Source of the DNA: Candidatus Chazhemtobacterium aquaticus
GTDB taxonomy: Bacteria > Patescibacteriota > Microgenomatia > UBA1400 > Chazhemtobacteraceae
DNA length: 64,000 bases
Direction of reading: 5' to 3'
NCBI RefSeq assembly: GCF_009936135.1
Contig: NZ_CP047901.1
Span: forward strand, 408,984 to 472,983
Shown here piece by piece: positions 21,501-29,022 of the stretch (position 1 is its first letter; each line of letters begins with the position of its first letter). The notes under the pieces were generated by a model. The model worked only from the letters and a program-made list of their open reading frames with translations, was not told the DNA's origin and ran no database searches. A program made the translations under genes and the position numbers.

Positions 21501-22224
21501 ATTTATGGTTAATAGCTCCCACATCACTCAAGACGACAAATACTATTTCCGATCCACTGCTTGTGACCACGCCGGTAACTGTGCTTCTGATGAAACCAGC
21601 ACCATTGTCGATCGGGAATTACCCCCTGCTCCAGAATCTTTCCAGAAATCCTGGAAAGACGAATATGCATATATTCTCAAGTGGCATAACCCCAGCTCCA
21701 CCCAAAGTTACAAGGTCTACATCTACCGCTATCACGAACCAGTTTTCATAGCCCAGGATGCGAGCTTAATCGCTGTTCTTGATGTCACCCCCAATACTGA
21801 TATTGAGTGGCAAAACAGCCATCCAGAGCCCAAGCCTTACTACTACGCCATCAGAAACGTTGATCCAGCCGGCAATACCTCAGGTCTAGTTTCTGACCCG
21901 GAAACCACCGCCACAACCACTTCCTCATCTCAATCTGCGCCTGAAGGTACTCCAGTCACTGGTTCAGAAAGTTTTTCAGGTACCAAATTAGTTGCCGCTC
22001 AATCCGGCTCCGGTCAGATTCTTGGTGAGCAGGACTCTCAAGATGAAGATCAGGATGAAGAGGGGTCAGAAGTTTCACCAGACTCCGATGCTATTGATCA
22101 AGCTCTTGACCAAGCCACTCCAGAAGGTGGCCCAGACTCATCCCCTTCCATTCTCTGGCGCATCTTAATCATCATTGCCGTTGGCATAATCCTCATCTAC
22201 ATCTTCTACATCAGGAAAAAATAA
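15538..22224 (+). CDS. Giant multidomain surface protein/adhesin (~2228 aa)
   Basis: Signal peptide, TP-rich linker, CGNGLVEDGEQCD Cys repeat, DUF642/galactose-binding-like domain, several SdrD-B/Cna-B-like repeats (GHKWNDING..GLEGWQI..PGEYQVIE), DUF11-like domain, two internal hydrophobic helices, FN3/Ig-like tail, C-terminal TM and RKK. Confidence 0.85.
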   Translation: MKKIWIKRFTSLALSLILLTNSLTPYILAQEITPSPEPTPTTETTPTPEPTLTATPTPETTPTPTLEVTPEVTPEVIPTPLPDTNPVDPDLATTPSDPVPSPTPSVDLDSPDAQGSAQLTPSLSTDKDDYAPTETVIISGSDYQPNTTYTLVISSQDEPTVRYETSITSTENGSIYYAYQLDGIYRPNYLIEVFLGSSLVKSTTFTDSVSEYPKTICHHNPGNEVTLTFHNAQSYSGHLGTPHNDKVYDTDGPCDDSQPTEEIIVVYHSDLATDLSDVMAKPKSWFFYNDESNTIDNSLGSFVIGPGTPPRGDGSVEISVSGTQRRNLATYQFSGIPLASITTLAYSTYNPSAGNGGSANRVGYLGFNVDFDGSDTWQKRLLFHPTANGTVQQDTWQKWDAINNGNALWSWSGLSGHGGSATKWPDGSTSEYRSINELVAAFPNIRIRVSDPWMGIRVGEPYSDGYTENIDLFKFGTANHTTIWDFEPGQSQPEPVCGNGLVEDGEQCDYSSLNGSSPCSSSCQWIAECRPENLANGGFDIPTVAHSKKWDIFENEEVPGWTAEWYGGSSSYSGQDRPSPKIEIHAGVNNWAPVDNPYVELDSDWVGPDGNLNNEPASTTLSQQVPTIPGYQYTLSWKHSPRPKHNNNHLQVKVNGGEVFNSGILSGSSGINWVTETHTFTANSDLTTISFTELGKADSFGMFLDDVSLECIGSCQEISGQKIDGRSEQGIDGWNIYLTKAISEEIAVPALNAPTISGPVLDSGKQYIILASGTYSAGDTITADAEYSVTSKFSGDTWTDLVTGYESHGDHLLDLELGGVADPPFWGEYHNSHTYTALVAGNNTAITFKLNDFYPYNNSGSLTVQVFEVIDTRVTRDGGLYTFGEMCSAETLYIFEENRPLWTRNSPSSGFYPVGQLETYDFANSMVAGTISGHKWNDINGDGQRGDEPGLEGWQIIVHPTNQDPYQIITLNTNDSNGEDSLPLTAGRTYLIEAEGTWNNKNGAEYNDADYASTDDWSTYFNYDDDSSRDPRIVDLVIDDQDVDWGSYNQNHLYKTVLKGSGVSKNFKISEAGGPISWYNDNLGTLTIRIYDVTDQIYTTDQDGYYTATNLEPGEYQVIELNQEGWIQTYPTNPKYHHLTLNSHDELTADFGNQQDLPKISDVTVCKVNDNQTPLSGWNVGLLGKKIGTYTVPVNNTSVSTADLPAGDYALLAHGTYRFANWGDAGIADAGYSLRIPGQSYSAHTNPYDTWVSGDELNTPGALEIQVNGNNVDWGLFSDVHEYLYSLSSHPGGSLSFKIYDNVISDNINSITNPLSVSVYQGFTGTTSENGCVTFEDVPYGDYTLYESLQAGWENIEGHDTQVTVDSSTEEFTLINLANKSISGFKYEDTGTGTKILSDWAIQLFSCAAHGDCSSEPIITTTTTVNGYDFQNLTSGYYLVKEEAREGWSPKQSLSWFVDLVNQQSVQVDFTNARNSSITACKVEDSDGNTTTTDDQNIVAGWPISLYQNGQPVDTQETENDGCYTWTDLDPYQSYKISENVENSGYIALSDTEHTFESLTPGQDNQYTFVNFRMGMVKGYKYHDINANGSQQLYDELSNPYEGYLNDWEICLVPHQQGEEHEISLLSANESIPEGSNCVLTGAGEWPDGYYEFINLGPGTYRLYETPQPDWIQTEPSDPNGYIFTITSGFGMGEGGWYNFGNYSPSDLVLTKSVTRSGDTATYTLTVRNEGIGQVDDVSITDTLPEGFVLDTGSVTLTRPDSTTINPPTSGTNPYTWDIAPVIYQYNSEDEYPEIYTLTYDVDVSAVDISGDHTNVAVANGDDPGQSPVFSNYATALLAIASDLDYSAGVSGDQQGDVLGASTSTGQVLGAATGTPSLWALLGLLFIALGLVLRLPKDKIKKLIATLALTLIPLVVSSPVLAEEPKPDTTAPSVHIVNLPTYKNTNSFEISYTALDAGTSGLREVTLEFRREGQSWQNLTTLTSSSGKFMVNSSHITQDDKYYFRSTACDHAGNCASDETSTIVDRELPPAPESFQKSWKDEYAYILKWHNPSSTQSYKVYIYRYHEPVFIAQDASLIAVLDVTPNTDIEWQNSHPEPKPYYYAIRNVDPAGNTSGLVSDPETTATTTSSSQSAPEGTPVTGSESFSGTKLVAAQSGSGQILGEQDSQDEDQDEEGSEVSPDSDAIDQALDQATPEGGPDSSPSILWRILIIIAVGIILIYIFYIRKK

Positions 22225-22252
22225 CCTCTACGCTCCCAGCTGATTACATTAT

Positions 22253-23191
22253 TTAACCAGACTCCTGGCTTGATTCCTCACCTCTATCCCCCAACCTAAT
22301 CTTTTTAAAATTCCTCCACCACCAGTAAAAAAATAACATTGCCAACCCAAGTATCTCCAGAGTCGATATCACCAAGCCACCTGATAACTTACTATTCATA
22401 AACATCAAAACTCCCCCAATCCACATCAATAGCATCGGTAACATTCCCGGCAGAAGCGCCCTCCAAAACCAACCCCTCATTATCCCAATAATCGCCGATA
22501 AGCCATATACAATAAACATTCCTCCCGACAATGTCGTCAAGACCAACAGTAGACCATAACTAATACCCGGTCTATATACGGGGCTACTATCAGCCACCAC
22601 TAACAGCAACATAAACCAAGTAAAAGACATTGAAGTGAACACCACCACCGACCAAACAATTGCAGCGAAAAACGCAATTATCTTTTTAGACAAGAACCTC
22701 AGTACCAACACGATGGTTAATATCGACACTATAAGCGCCCAACCGTACAATGGCGATCTCTCATATAATAAACCAAAAAAATCATCAAACAATGCAACTC
22801 CTGCCAAAGAATTGAGGATAACGAATGTCGGCGTCCTATCATTATAAATCTCTGGAAACCCCGAATAATTAGCATAAGACATAAGACGAAACCAAAACCT
22901 AGCCATTGTTGTGGAGGTTAAAGGTGCCATTGCATACACATAACTCAACCACCTCTTACCAGAAACATAATAGTTTCGGTATACCTGATACGTACAATAA
23001 ATCACGAAGACTACCAACAGAATCAAGCTAATGTAGGCAAGGGCCGGATTAATATCCACATATCCTGAACCATGTTTCACAAACCGCCCCGACCATATCG
23101 AGAAGGTTCTGCCCCAGAAAATCTTCATCATCCGGAAAAACAACACCACCAACTGAAACGCGAATAACATAAACGCCAACATCAACTTCAC
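22253..23191 (-). CDS. Hypothetical multi-pass membrane protein
   Basis: 312-aa ORF with many hydrophobic segments; no family recognised. Confidence 0.65.
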   Translation of the reverse strand: MKLMLAFMLFAFQLVVLFFRMMKIFWGRTFSIWSGRFVKHGSGYVDINPALAYISLILLVVFVIYCTYQVYRNYYVSGKRWLSYVYAMAPLTSTTMARFWFRLMSYANYSGFPEIYNDRTPTFVILNSLAGVALFDDFFGLLYERSPLYGWALIVSILTIVLVLRFLSKKIIAFFAAIVWSVVVFTSMSFTWFMLLLVVADSSPVYRPGISYGLLLVLTTLSGGMFIVYGLSAIIGIMRGWFWRALLPGMLPMLLMWIGGVLMFMNSKLSGGLVISTLEILGLAMLFFYWWWRNFKKIRLGDRGEESSQESG

Positions 23192-23269
23192 TATATCACT
23201 TACAACACCTCAAAGATTTACAGCTTACTTGCCAAACTCTTACCGAATACATAAGCTAGAATAGAATCA

Positions 23270-24205
23270 ATGTTTGACCGACTTGCCCAACTCTTCATCC
23301 CCCAAAAAAGTAACAACTACCGTCCTAGGCTAGTTCAGCCCGCTACCCTCGCTATCATTGTCTCCTTTGTTCTCACCTCTCAGGCCTTACTTTCCTACAT
23401 CACCGTTCTGTATCCCACCATCTTAGGTTACGCCTCCCAGATTCCCCCGGCTCAGATCATTGAGCTCACCAACCAGAAACGGGCTGAGGCTGGTCTACCC
23501 CCCGTCGTTTACAACGATCAACTAAGTGACGCCGCCAGGCGCAAAGCTGCCGACATGTTTGCCAAAGACTACTGGGCTCACAACGCTCCTGACGGCACCA
23601 AGCCCTGGTCCTTCATCTTAGCCGCTGGTTACAACTACCTTCACGCCGGTGAGAATCTCGCTCGTGACTTTACCAATCCGCAAGCCGTTGTTGATGCCTG
23701 GATGGCCTCACCCACTCATCGTGACAATATCATGAACGCTCGCTATCAAGACATCGGCATTGCTGTGGTCGATGGTCAATTAGGTGGTGTAGAGACAACC
23801 CTGGTTGTCCAGATGTTTGGCACTCCTCAATCAACCGCCCCTGCCCTCACCCAAGGATCGCAAACCACTCTTGTCCGTGAGGCCATAGCTCAAGAACCAA
23901 CTGCCCCCACTCTTACCCCGACACAAAAGCCACAATTGCCTGATGCCACTCCCACTCCCACTCCAGAGCAATTTGTTCCTACTCAAATCAGCGATCTAAA
24001 TTATCCCTTAATCAACACCTTTACTCTTTCCAAGGTCATCTCCCTCTCCTTCGTTATCCTCATCTTTGTTGTTCTCCTCATCGACTGGTATGTTGCCTGG
24101 GACAAGAACTTAATCCGCATCTCTGGTCGCAACTGGGCTCACCTGGCTTACTTAGGTCTAGTCATTGCCTTAAGCTTGATTATTAAACAAGGTCTCATTC
24201 TCTAA
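23270..24205 (+). CDS. CAP/SCP-domain membrane protein
   Basis: LTNQKR..GL, KAADM..YWAH, AGENLA and WMASPTHRDNI motifs. Confidence 0.92.
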   Translation: MFDRLAQLFIPQKSNNYRPRLVQPATLAIIVSFVLTSQALLSYITVLYPTILGYASQIPPAQIIELTNQKRAEAGLPPVVYNDQLSDAARRKAADMFAKDYWAHNAPDGTKPWSFILAAGYNYLHAGENLARDFTNPQAVVDAWMASPTHRDNIMNARYQDIGIAVVDGQLGGVETTLVVQMFGTPQSTAPALTQGSQTTLVREAIAQEPTAPTLTPTQKPQLPDATPTPTPEQFVPTQISDLNYPLINTFTLSKVISLSFVILIFVVLLIDWYVAWDKNLIRISGRNWAHLAYLGLVIALSLIIKQGLIL

Positions 24206-24471
24206 TGTCACGAAAACGCCATTCCATCCACCATCTCCACTTTTTCATCCTTTTGATCCTGTTAACTCTAGGAGCGACTGCTACCCTTGTTTTCAGCTAC
24301 CAGCCTCAGCTTCAGGCCGCTGCCGTTGCCATTACTTCCCTTTCCTATTTCCTCTGGGGTATCATCCATCACTACAAGCAGGATGAGCTTCACCGCGAGA
24401 TCATCCTCGAGTACTTCTTCATCTCCCTATTTGGTGCTATTCTGCTCATCTCACTCATATTAAAAAACTAA
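24205..24471 (+). CDS. Small 3-TM hypothetical protein
   Basis: Translationally coupled ORF; YFLWGIIHH..LEY. Confidence 0.7.
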   Translation: MSRKRHSIHHLHFFILLILLTLGATATLVFSYQPQLQAAAVAITSLSYFLWGIIHHYKQDELHREIILEYFFISLFGAILLISLILKN

Positions 24472-25274
24472 TGAAACTAACTACTCTTTTTCTCGCCAGC
24501 TTCCTCTTTCTCCTCTCTTTTTCTCTCCCTCTGCTGGCTCAGGAAACCGACCCCACCAATGCTATTGCCATAGCCGAGTCCGACTATCGCCACCAATTCG
24601 ATCAATATCGTGATGCCTACAACAGCTTCACTCTAGCCAAGTCGCAGTGGTTATCCTCTCTTAACCTAAAAACCGAACAAGAGGCCTTACAAGCTGCCAA
24701 ACTAGCAGCTTCAGCCCGTGTCGATGTTATGACCTCTTACACTCGTTGGCTACGTCTCCAGTTACTTCAGTTCACCTCTACTTACGAAAAAGCTGCCAAT
24801 CTAGCTGCCCGCTTAGAGGAGCTAAACAGTTGGTATCTTACCCACAAAACCAATATCCAGGCTGCCGGATCTACACCGGCTTTTGACCAGGTCATGGTTG
24901 AGTACTCAGATCCCCAAGCCAAGATCAACCGAGACGCTCTTTACAGTACCGCTCAGACCGAGTTAAAAGTCGCCCAACTTGCCTATTACCAACACTACTC
25001 CCGGGCTATCTACGACCCCGTCCTAAAAGCCCTTCAGGACAAAACCGATATTCCTGAAGTAGAGCAGGGCCTTTCACGTATTGACCAGTTAGGTAAAGAG
25101 ATCAATGATGAGCTGGATTCCATTAGCACCTTTGGTGGTACGCTCGAGGCCGAGAGTTTCAACCCAGTTCAGTACTTCCGCAAGGTCAATGAGCGCCTAA
25201 GCGAAGTCCACAGCAAGCAGATTACCTTACTTAACCTTATGATTGAATTAGAGTCACGCTATGTCAGAAACTAA
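24471..25274 (+). CDS. Secreted helical/coiled-coil hypothetical protein
   Basis: Signal peptide ending LLA-QE; amphipathic helical sequence. Confidence 0.7.
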   Translation: MKLTTLFLASFLFLLSFSLPLLAQETDPTNAIAIAESDYRHQFDQYRDAYNSFTLAKSQWLSSLNLKTEQEALQAAKLAASARVDVMTSYTRWLRLQLLQFTSTYEKAANLAARLEELNSWYLTHKTNIQAAGSTPAFDQVMVEYSDPQAKINRDALYSTAQTELKVAQLAYYQHYSRAIYDPVLKALQDKTDIPEVEQGLSRIDQLGKEINDELDSISTFGGTLEAESFNPVQYFRKVNERLSEVHSKQITLLNLMIELESRYVRN

Positions 25275-25704
25275 TCAAGACCTTCCACCCCAAGTCCAGT
25301 CTAGGATCCCGCCTCCTACCATCCTTGATCAAATCAAGAAGCAGTATCAGGATTTTATATCCCAAGCCAAAAAGAATCCTCAACTCATGGACTGGATTGC
25401 TCAGCTCAAAAACTTCTGGGTAAAATTTGGCTTTCGTATCAAACTAATCTTCACCGGTTTTATAGTCCTTGTCATTGTTCTTTTAGGTATCCGTTTTGGT
25501 TCAACTTTAGCCTCCATCTTTCGTCCTCCTCCCGCCTCGCCTCCACCCTTGCCCAACGTTACTCCTACTCCAACCATCAAAACTAACTCAGAGTTAGAAA
25601 ATATCAGGGATCAGCTCCAAAACTTCCCCATCCTTCTCCCCGATCCGGCTGTTCCTCCTGTTGATCCTGACATCCACCTTCAGTCTCTTCCCATAGAAGA
25701 TTAA
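25261..25704 (+). CDS. Single-TM proline-rich hypothetical protein
   Basis: Overlaps the upstream gene; TM followed by PPP/TPTP. Confidence 0.65.
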   Translation: MSETNQDLPPQVQSRIPPPTILDQIKKQYQDFISQAKKNPQLMDWIAQLKNFWVKFGFRIKLIFTGFIVLVIVLLGIRFGSTLASIFRPPPASPPPLPNVTPTPTIKTNSELENIRDQLQNFPILLPDPAVPPVDPDIHLQSLPIED

Positions 25705-25764
25705 TGCGCCAAACCCATAATGTTATATAATCCTGGTATCGTTCCCTAACCAGGAGAGAGGCAG

Positions 25765-25995
25765 ATGCTGCTTCGACTTAAGGTAGCCTGGAGAGAGTTT
25801 GTCCATGAGGTAAAAAACCCGACACAGAGACTGGTCTTTGCCGGATTTACCTTCGGCTTTGGTCTGATTGGCGGTGCTATCATCCTGATCGCCGTTCTTA
25901 TTGGCGGTCTCTGGAGCATCTTTCTTTCAGCCCTCGCCGTCTCTCTGTTCGTGGTTGGCTATCTCGTAGCCATTCTCTGTAGTTACGTCCTCTAA
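25765..25995 (+). CDS. Small 2-TM orphan protein
   Basis: TATAAT, AGGAGAGAGG SD region, and terminator at 26011-26044. Confidence 0.6.
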   Translation: MLLRLKVAWREFVHEVKNPTQRLVFAGFTFGFGLIGGAIILIAVLIGGLWSIFLSALAVSLFVVGYLVAILCSYVL

Positions 25996-26083
25996 TCCTC
26001 TTCGCCCTTGGTCCGACCCACACACACCGTGAGTCGGGCTTTTTCTTGTTTACCTTCCAAAAAATATCCGCTACAATACCCGC

Positions 26084-26821
26084 ATGGCTACTAAAAAAAC
26101 TAACACCCGGACTGCATCATCAAAAAAGACTACCTCTACCCGCTCTCGTTCTCGCTCTCAAGCCAAAACAACCTCAGTAGCTCCCCAGACTGCCGCTACT
26201 CCTACGACTACTCCAGTATTTTCCGTTCCTAAACTTTCTACCAATTTTCTTCTAGGTTTCGCCATTATTGTTCTCTCAGGTATCGCCCTTTTCTTAGTTG
26301 CTCAGCGCTATCGTGGTCTTCTCATCGCCGGAACTGTCAACAAGACCCCCATTACTCGTTGGGAGCTAAACAAGGTTCTTACCAATCGCTACGGTGACGC
26401 CGTTTTAGAAGAGTTGGTTAACAATGAACTCCTCACACAAGAAGCCGCCAAACAGGGTATTACCATCACCGATGAGGACTTAGCCAACGAGCGCCAATCC
26501 CTGGTTGACAGTCTAGGTGGTGAAGAGAATCTGGCCTCTGCCTTGACTCAGTACGGCCTATCTGAAGCCGACTTATCTGATCAACTCCGTCTTAAACTAA
26601 CTCAAGATCGTCTCTCCGACAAACTTTTCGACGTTAACATCACCGATGAGCAAATCGCCGAGTACTTCGAAGCCAACCAAGCCATGTACGAAGGAGTCGA
26701 GCTTGATCAGGTTCGTGAAGAGATCAAGCAAGGTCTGACTCAACAACAGCTACAACAAGAGTTCTACGCTTGGTTTGACCAGCTCAAATCAGAGTCTCAG
26801 ATTGAAACCTACATTAACTAG
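26084..26821 (+). CDS. SurA/PrsA N-terminal-domain chaperone lacking a PPIase domain
   Basis: TM, then GTVNKTPIT..EL, LEELVNNELLTQEA, ITDEQIAEYFE and LKSESQI. Confidence 0.8.
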   Translation: MATKKTNTRTASSKKTTSTRSRSRSQAKTTSVAPQTAATPTTTPVFSVPKLSTNFLLGFAIIVLSGIALFLVAQRYRGLLIAGTVNKTPITRWELNKVLTNRYGDAVLEELVNNELLTQEAAKQGITITDEDLANERQSLVDSLGGEENLASALTQYGLSEADLSDQLRLKLTQDRLSDKLFDVNITDEQIAEYFEANQAMYEGVELDQVREEIKQGLTQQQLQQEFYAWFDQLKSESQIETYIN

Positions 26822-26845
26822 ATAGCATTTGCTACTATTTAATCA

Positions 26846-27616
26846 ATGCCCGCCCGCAAATCAAACAAACCCGCCCTTCCTCCTTTAACCCTCCTCGGTT
26901 TAGTTGTCTTTTCAATTGTTGTCATCTGGCTATTTTCCCCCTCTAAATCATCTACACAGCAGCCAGTTACTTCCGACACCTCAGCAACCAAGGAGTATAT
27001 CGATGAGCCAGTTGCCCTTCCCAGTCCCGTCAAGACAAGCCGTGTTAGCTTAGAGCAAACCCTCAACACTCGCCGTTCTCGTCGATCCTTCCAAGACAAA
27101 CCCCTTACCCTAAATCAAGTCTCCCAGCTACTTTGGTCTGCCCAGGGGGTCACCACCGACTGGGGTGGTCGCACCGCTCCTTCTGCCAAGTCAGCCTATC
27201 CTCTCACTCTTTATCTAGTTGCTCTTGATGTTACCGGTCTTGAATCTGGTATCTATGAATATATTCCAGGTGACCTAGACCCAGTTCATCAGCTTCGGCT
27301 GCTTCAGTCAGGCGATTTCAGTGAGCAAATGGCTCTAGCTGGTGTCCAATCACAATTCAAATCAGCCCCTGCAGTTATCGCCATCACCGGCAACTTCCAA
27401 AAAATGAAGGATGCTTTTGACGGTAACGACGTCTCCCACAATGTCTATCTCGAAGTCGGCCACGTTAGTCAGAACCTATACCTCCAGGCAGAAAGTCTAG
27501 GCTTAGGTACAGTTGCTACCGGTGGCTTTGATCTGGCCAAATCTACTTCTCTTCTAAAACTTCCGGCCAGCGAGACCTTAATCTATCTCATGCCTTTCGG
27601 CTTTTCCGCAGAGTAA
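26846..27616 (+). CDS. SagB/ThcOx-family nitroreductase with N-terminal anchor
   Basis: RRSRRSF, LLWSAQG, RTAPSA..YP and EVGHVSQNLYLQAESLGLG motifs. Confidence 0.9.
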   Translation: MPARKSNKPALPPLTLLGLVVFSIVVIWLFSPSKSSTQQPVTSDTSATKEYIDEPVALPSPVKTSRVSLEQTLNTRRSRRSFQDKPLTLNQVSQLLWSAQGVTTDWGGRTAPSAKSAYPLTLYLVALDVTGLESGIYEYIPGDLDPVHQLRLLQSGDFSEQMALAGVQSQFKSAPAVIAITGNFQKMKDAFDGNDVSHNVYLEVGHVSQNLYLQAESLGLGTVATGGFDLAKSTSLLKLPASETLIYLMPFGFSAE

Positions 27617-27662
27617 GAATTTGATATAATATATCCTATAGCCCATTGATTGGAGGTGTAAT

Positions 27663-27788
27663 ATGCGTCGGGTCCTTCATTGGATCATGCATCAGCTTGG
27701 CTACTGTGAGTGTGAATGTGCTCGGTGTGAGCAAGGATACCATTGCGGCCGGGCCGACAAAGGCTGCCACTTCTTCGAAGGCAGCTAA
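27663..27788 (+). CDS. 41-aa Cys/His-rich mini-protein (not in ORF track)
   Basis: TGATATAAT promoter, GGAGGT SD, MRRVLHWIMHQLGYCECECARCEQGYHCGRADKGCHFFEGS*, hairpin at 27809-27849. Confidence 0.7.
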   Translation: MRRVLHWIMHQLGYCECECARCEQGYHCGRADKGCHFFEGS

Positions 27789-27824
27789 TCCTCACTTTCC
27801 ATCCGCACAAGGGCGGCAAAAAAA

Positions 27825-28466
27825 CTACCTTTTGCCGCTCTTTTCTTTTCTCCACTTCTCAATCTCAGCGTGATTCCCCTCAAGCAATACCTCGGGTACC
27901 TTCCACCCTTTGTACTCACTTGGCCTGGTGTACTGAGGATACTCTCTCTTCCCTGGCTCACTATATGACTCCTCACTTAAGGACTCAGGGTTACCCAATA
28001 CTCCAGGAATCAGCCTCACTATACTATCCACCACCACCATCACTGGCAGCTCTCCTCCCGTTAATACATACTCACCAATCGAATACACTTCATCAGCGAT
28101 TTCCTCATGAACCCGATGATCTATTCCTTCATAGTGTCCCGCAATCAGGATTAGGTGTTTTTCTTTACTCATCTTCACTGCCTCATTCTGGCTATATATT
28201 TTTCCTTTAGTTTCAAGCAAAATTACTTTTGTTTCTTTACTTCGCAGACTACTTACTGCCTTGTCGATTACATCCACTCTCATCACCATTCCTGCCCCAC
28301 CGCCATACGGAGGCGCATCTACGCTTCTGTGTTTGTCCTCAGTCCACTCACGCAAGTCATGTATCTTAATATCAACCTGCTTTTGATCAATCGCTCGCTT
28401 CACGATGCTCTCGCCAAAAGGACCCACAAACATTTCAGGAAATATGGTCAGAATATCTATTTTCAT
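27825..28466 (-). CDS. trmD: tRNA (guanine37-N1)-methyltransferase
   Basis: MKIDILTIFPEMF, PYGGGAGMV, GHYEGID, SIGEYVLTGGE and EYPQYTRP. Confidence 0.97.
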   Translation of the reverse strand: MKIDILTIFPEMFVGPFGESIVKRAIDQKQVDIKIHDLREWTEDKHRSVDAPPYGGGAGMVMRVDVIDKAVSSLRSKETKVILLETKGKIYSQNEAVKMSKEKHLILIAGHYEGIDHRVHEEIADEVYSIGEYVLTGGELPVMVVVDSIVRLIPGVLGNPESLSEESYSEPGKREYPQYTRPSEYKGWKVPEVLLEGNHAEIEKWRKEKSGKR

Positions 28467-28513
28467 GGTTCAATTATACCTTTCTTGTTCTGTCCTATAT
28501 ACTATACCCACTA

Positions 28514-28864
28514 ATGCTACCCAAAACTCCCCACTCCCTCATACCTATATCCGTCCTTTATCTACCCTTTCTATCGCTTTACTTGTTTGAACTCGTTGTC
28601 ACTTTTATTGGTTTCGCCCTAGGTCGATATGGCGACAAGTATCTTGGCAATCTAGATAAGCTCTGGATTATTCCCAATCCTCACCACTGGATCTGGGGTG
28701 CCCTCCTTATATTCCTTGGCGGTTTTGGGTCTACCTCATTTTTGGGACTCACCTCCATCTGTTTTGGTATTGGTGTTTTCGTAAGTGACCTAAACGACTT
28801 TCTCCACCTGTGCTTTTTTGGTGAAGAGCCCCCTCATCAATGGAAATTCTGGCACATCAACTAA
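28514..28864 (+). CDS. Hypothetical membrane protein
   Basis: PHHWIWG motif and three hydrophobic segments. Confidence 0.65.
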   Translation: MLPKTPHSLIPISVLYLPFLSLYLFELVVTFIGFALGRYGDKYLGNLDKLWIIPNPHHWIWGALLIFLGGFGSTSFLGLTSICFGIGVFVSDLNDFLHLCFFGEEPPHQWKFWHIN

Positions 28865-29022
28865 CTCTTCTTATTACCTCTTTCTGTTTTGTTCAATCTC
28901 TCTTTCTCCATCTCCTTTTTGTTCACCCAGATTCTTCTCTGGAAATGATTAACCACATTCCACCAGGGGCTTCTAAAACCTAGTGGTTTAAAACCTCCCC
29001 TCACGTTTAGCTGTTTTCCCAT
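28861..29022 (-). CDS. 53-aa basic mini-protein (not in ORF track)
   Basis: ATG abuts the permease stop; MGKQLNVRGGFKPLGFRSPWWNVVNHFQRRIWVNKKEMEKERLNKTERGNKKS* fills the gap exactly. Confidence 0.55.
   Translation of the reverse strand: MGKQLNVRGGFKPLGFRSPWWNVVNHFQRRIWVNKKEMEKERLNKTERGNKKS

Noticed and set aside
26846-27788. SagB plus Cys-rich peptide as a thiazole/oxazole RiPP cluster
   Set aside because: No YcaO or E1-like cyclodehydratase nearby, the SagB protein has a membrane anchor, and stand-alone SagB-like genes are common.
27646-28590. ORF-track calls 27646-27873, 27743-28210, 28155-28514 and 28405-28590
   Set aside because: They overlap trmD antisense or the better-supported 41-aa SD-led ORF.
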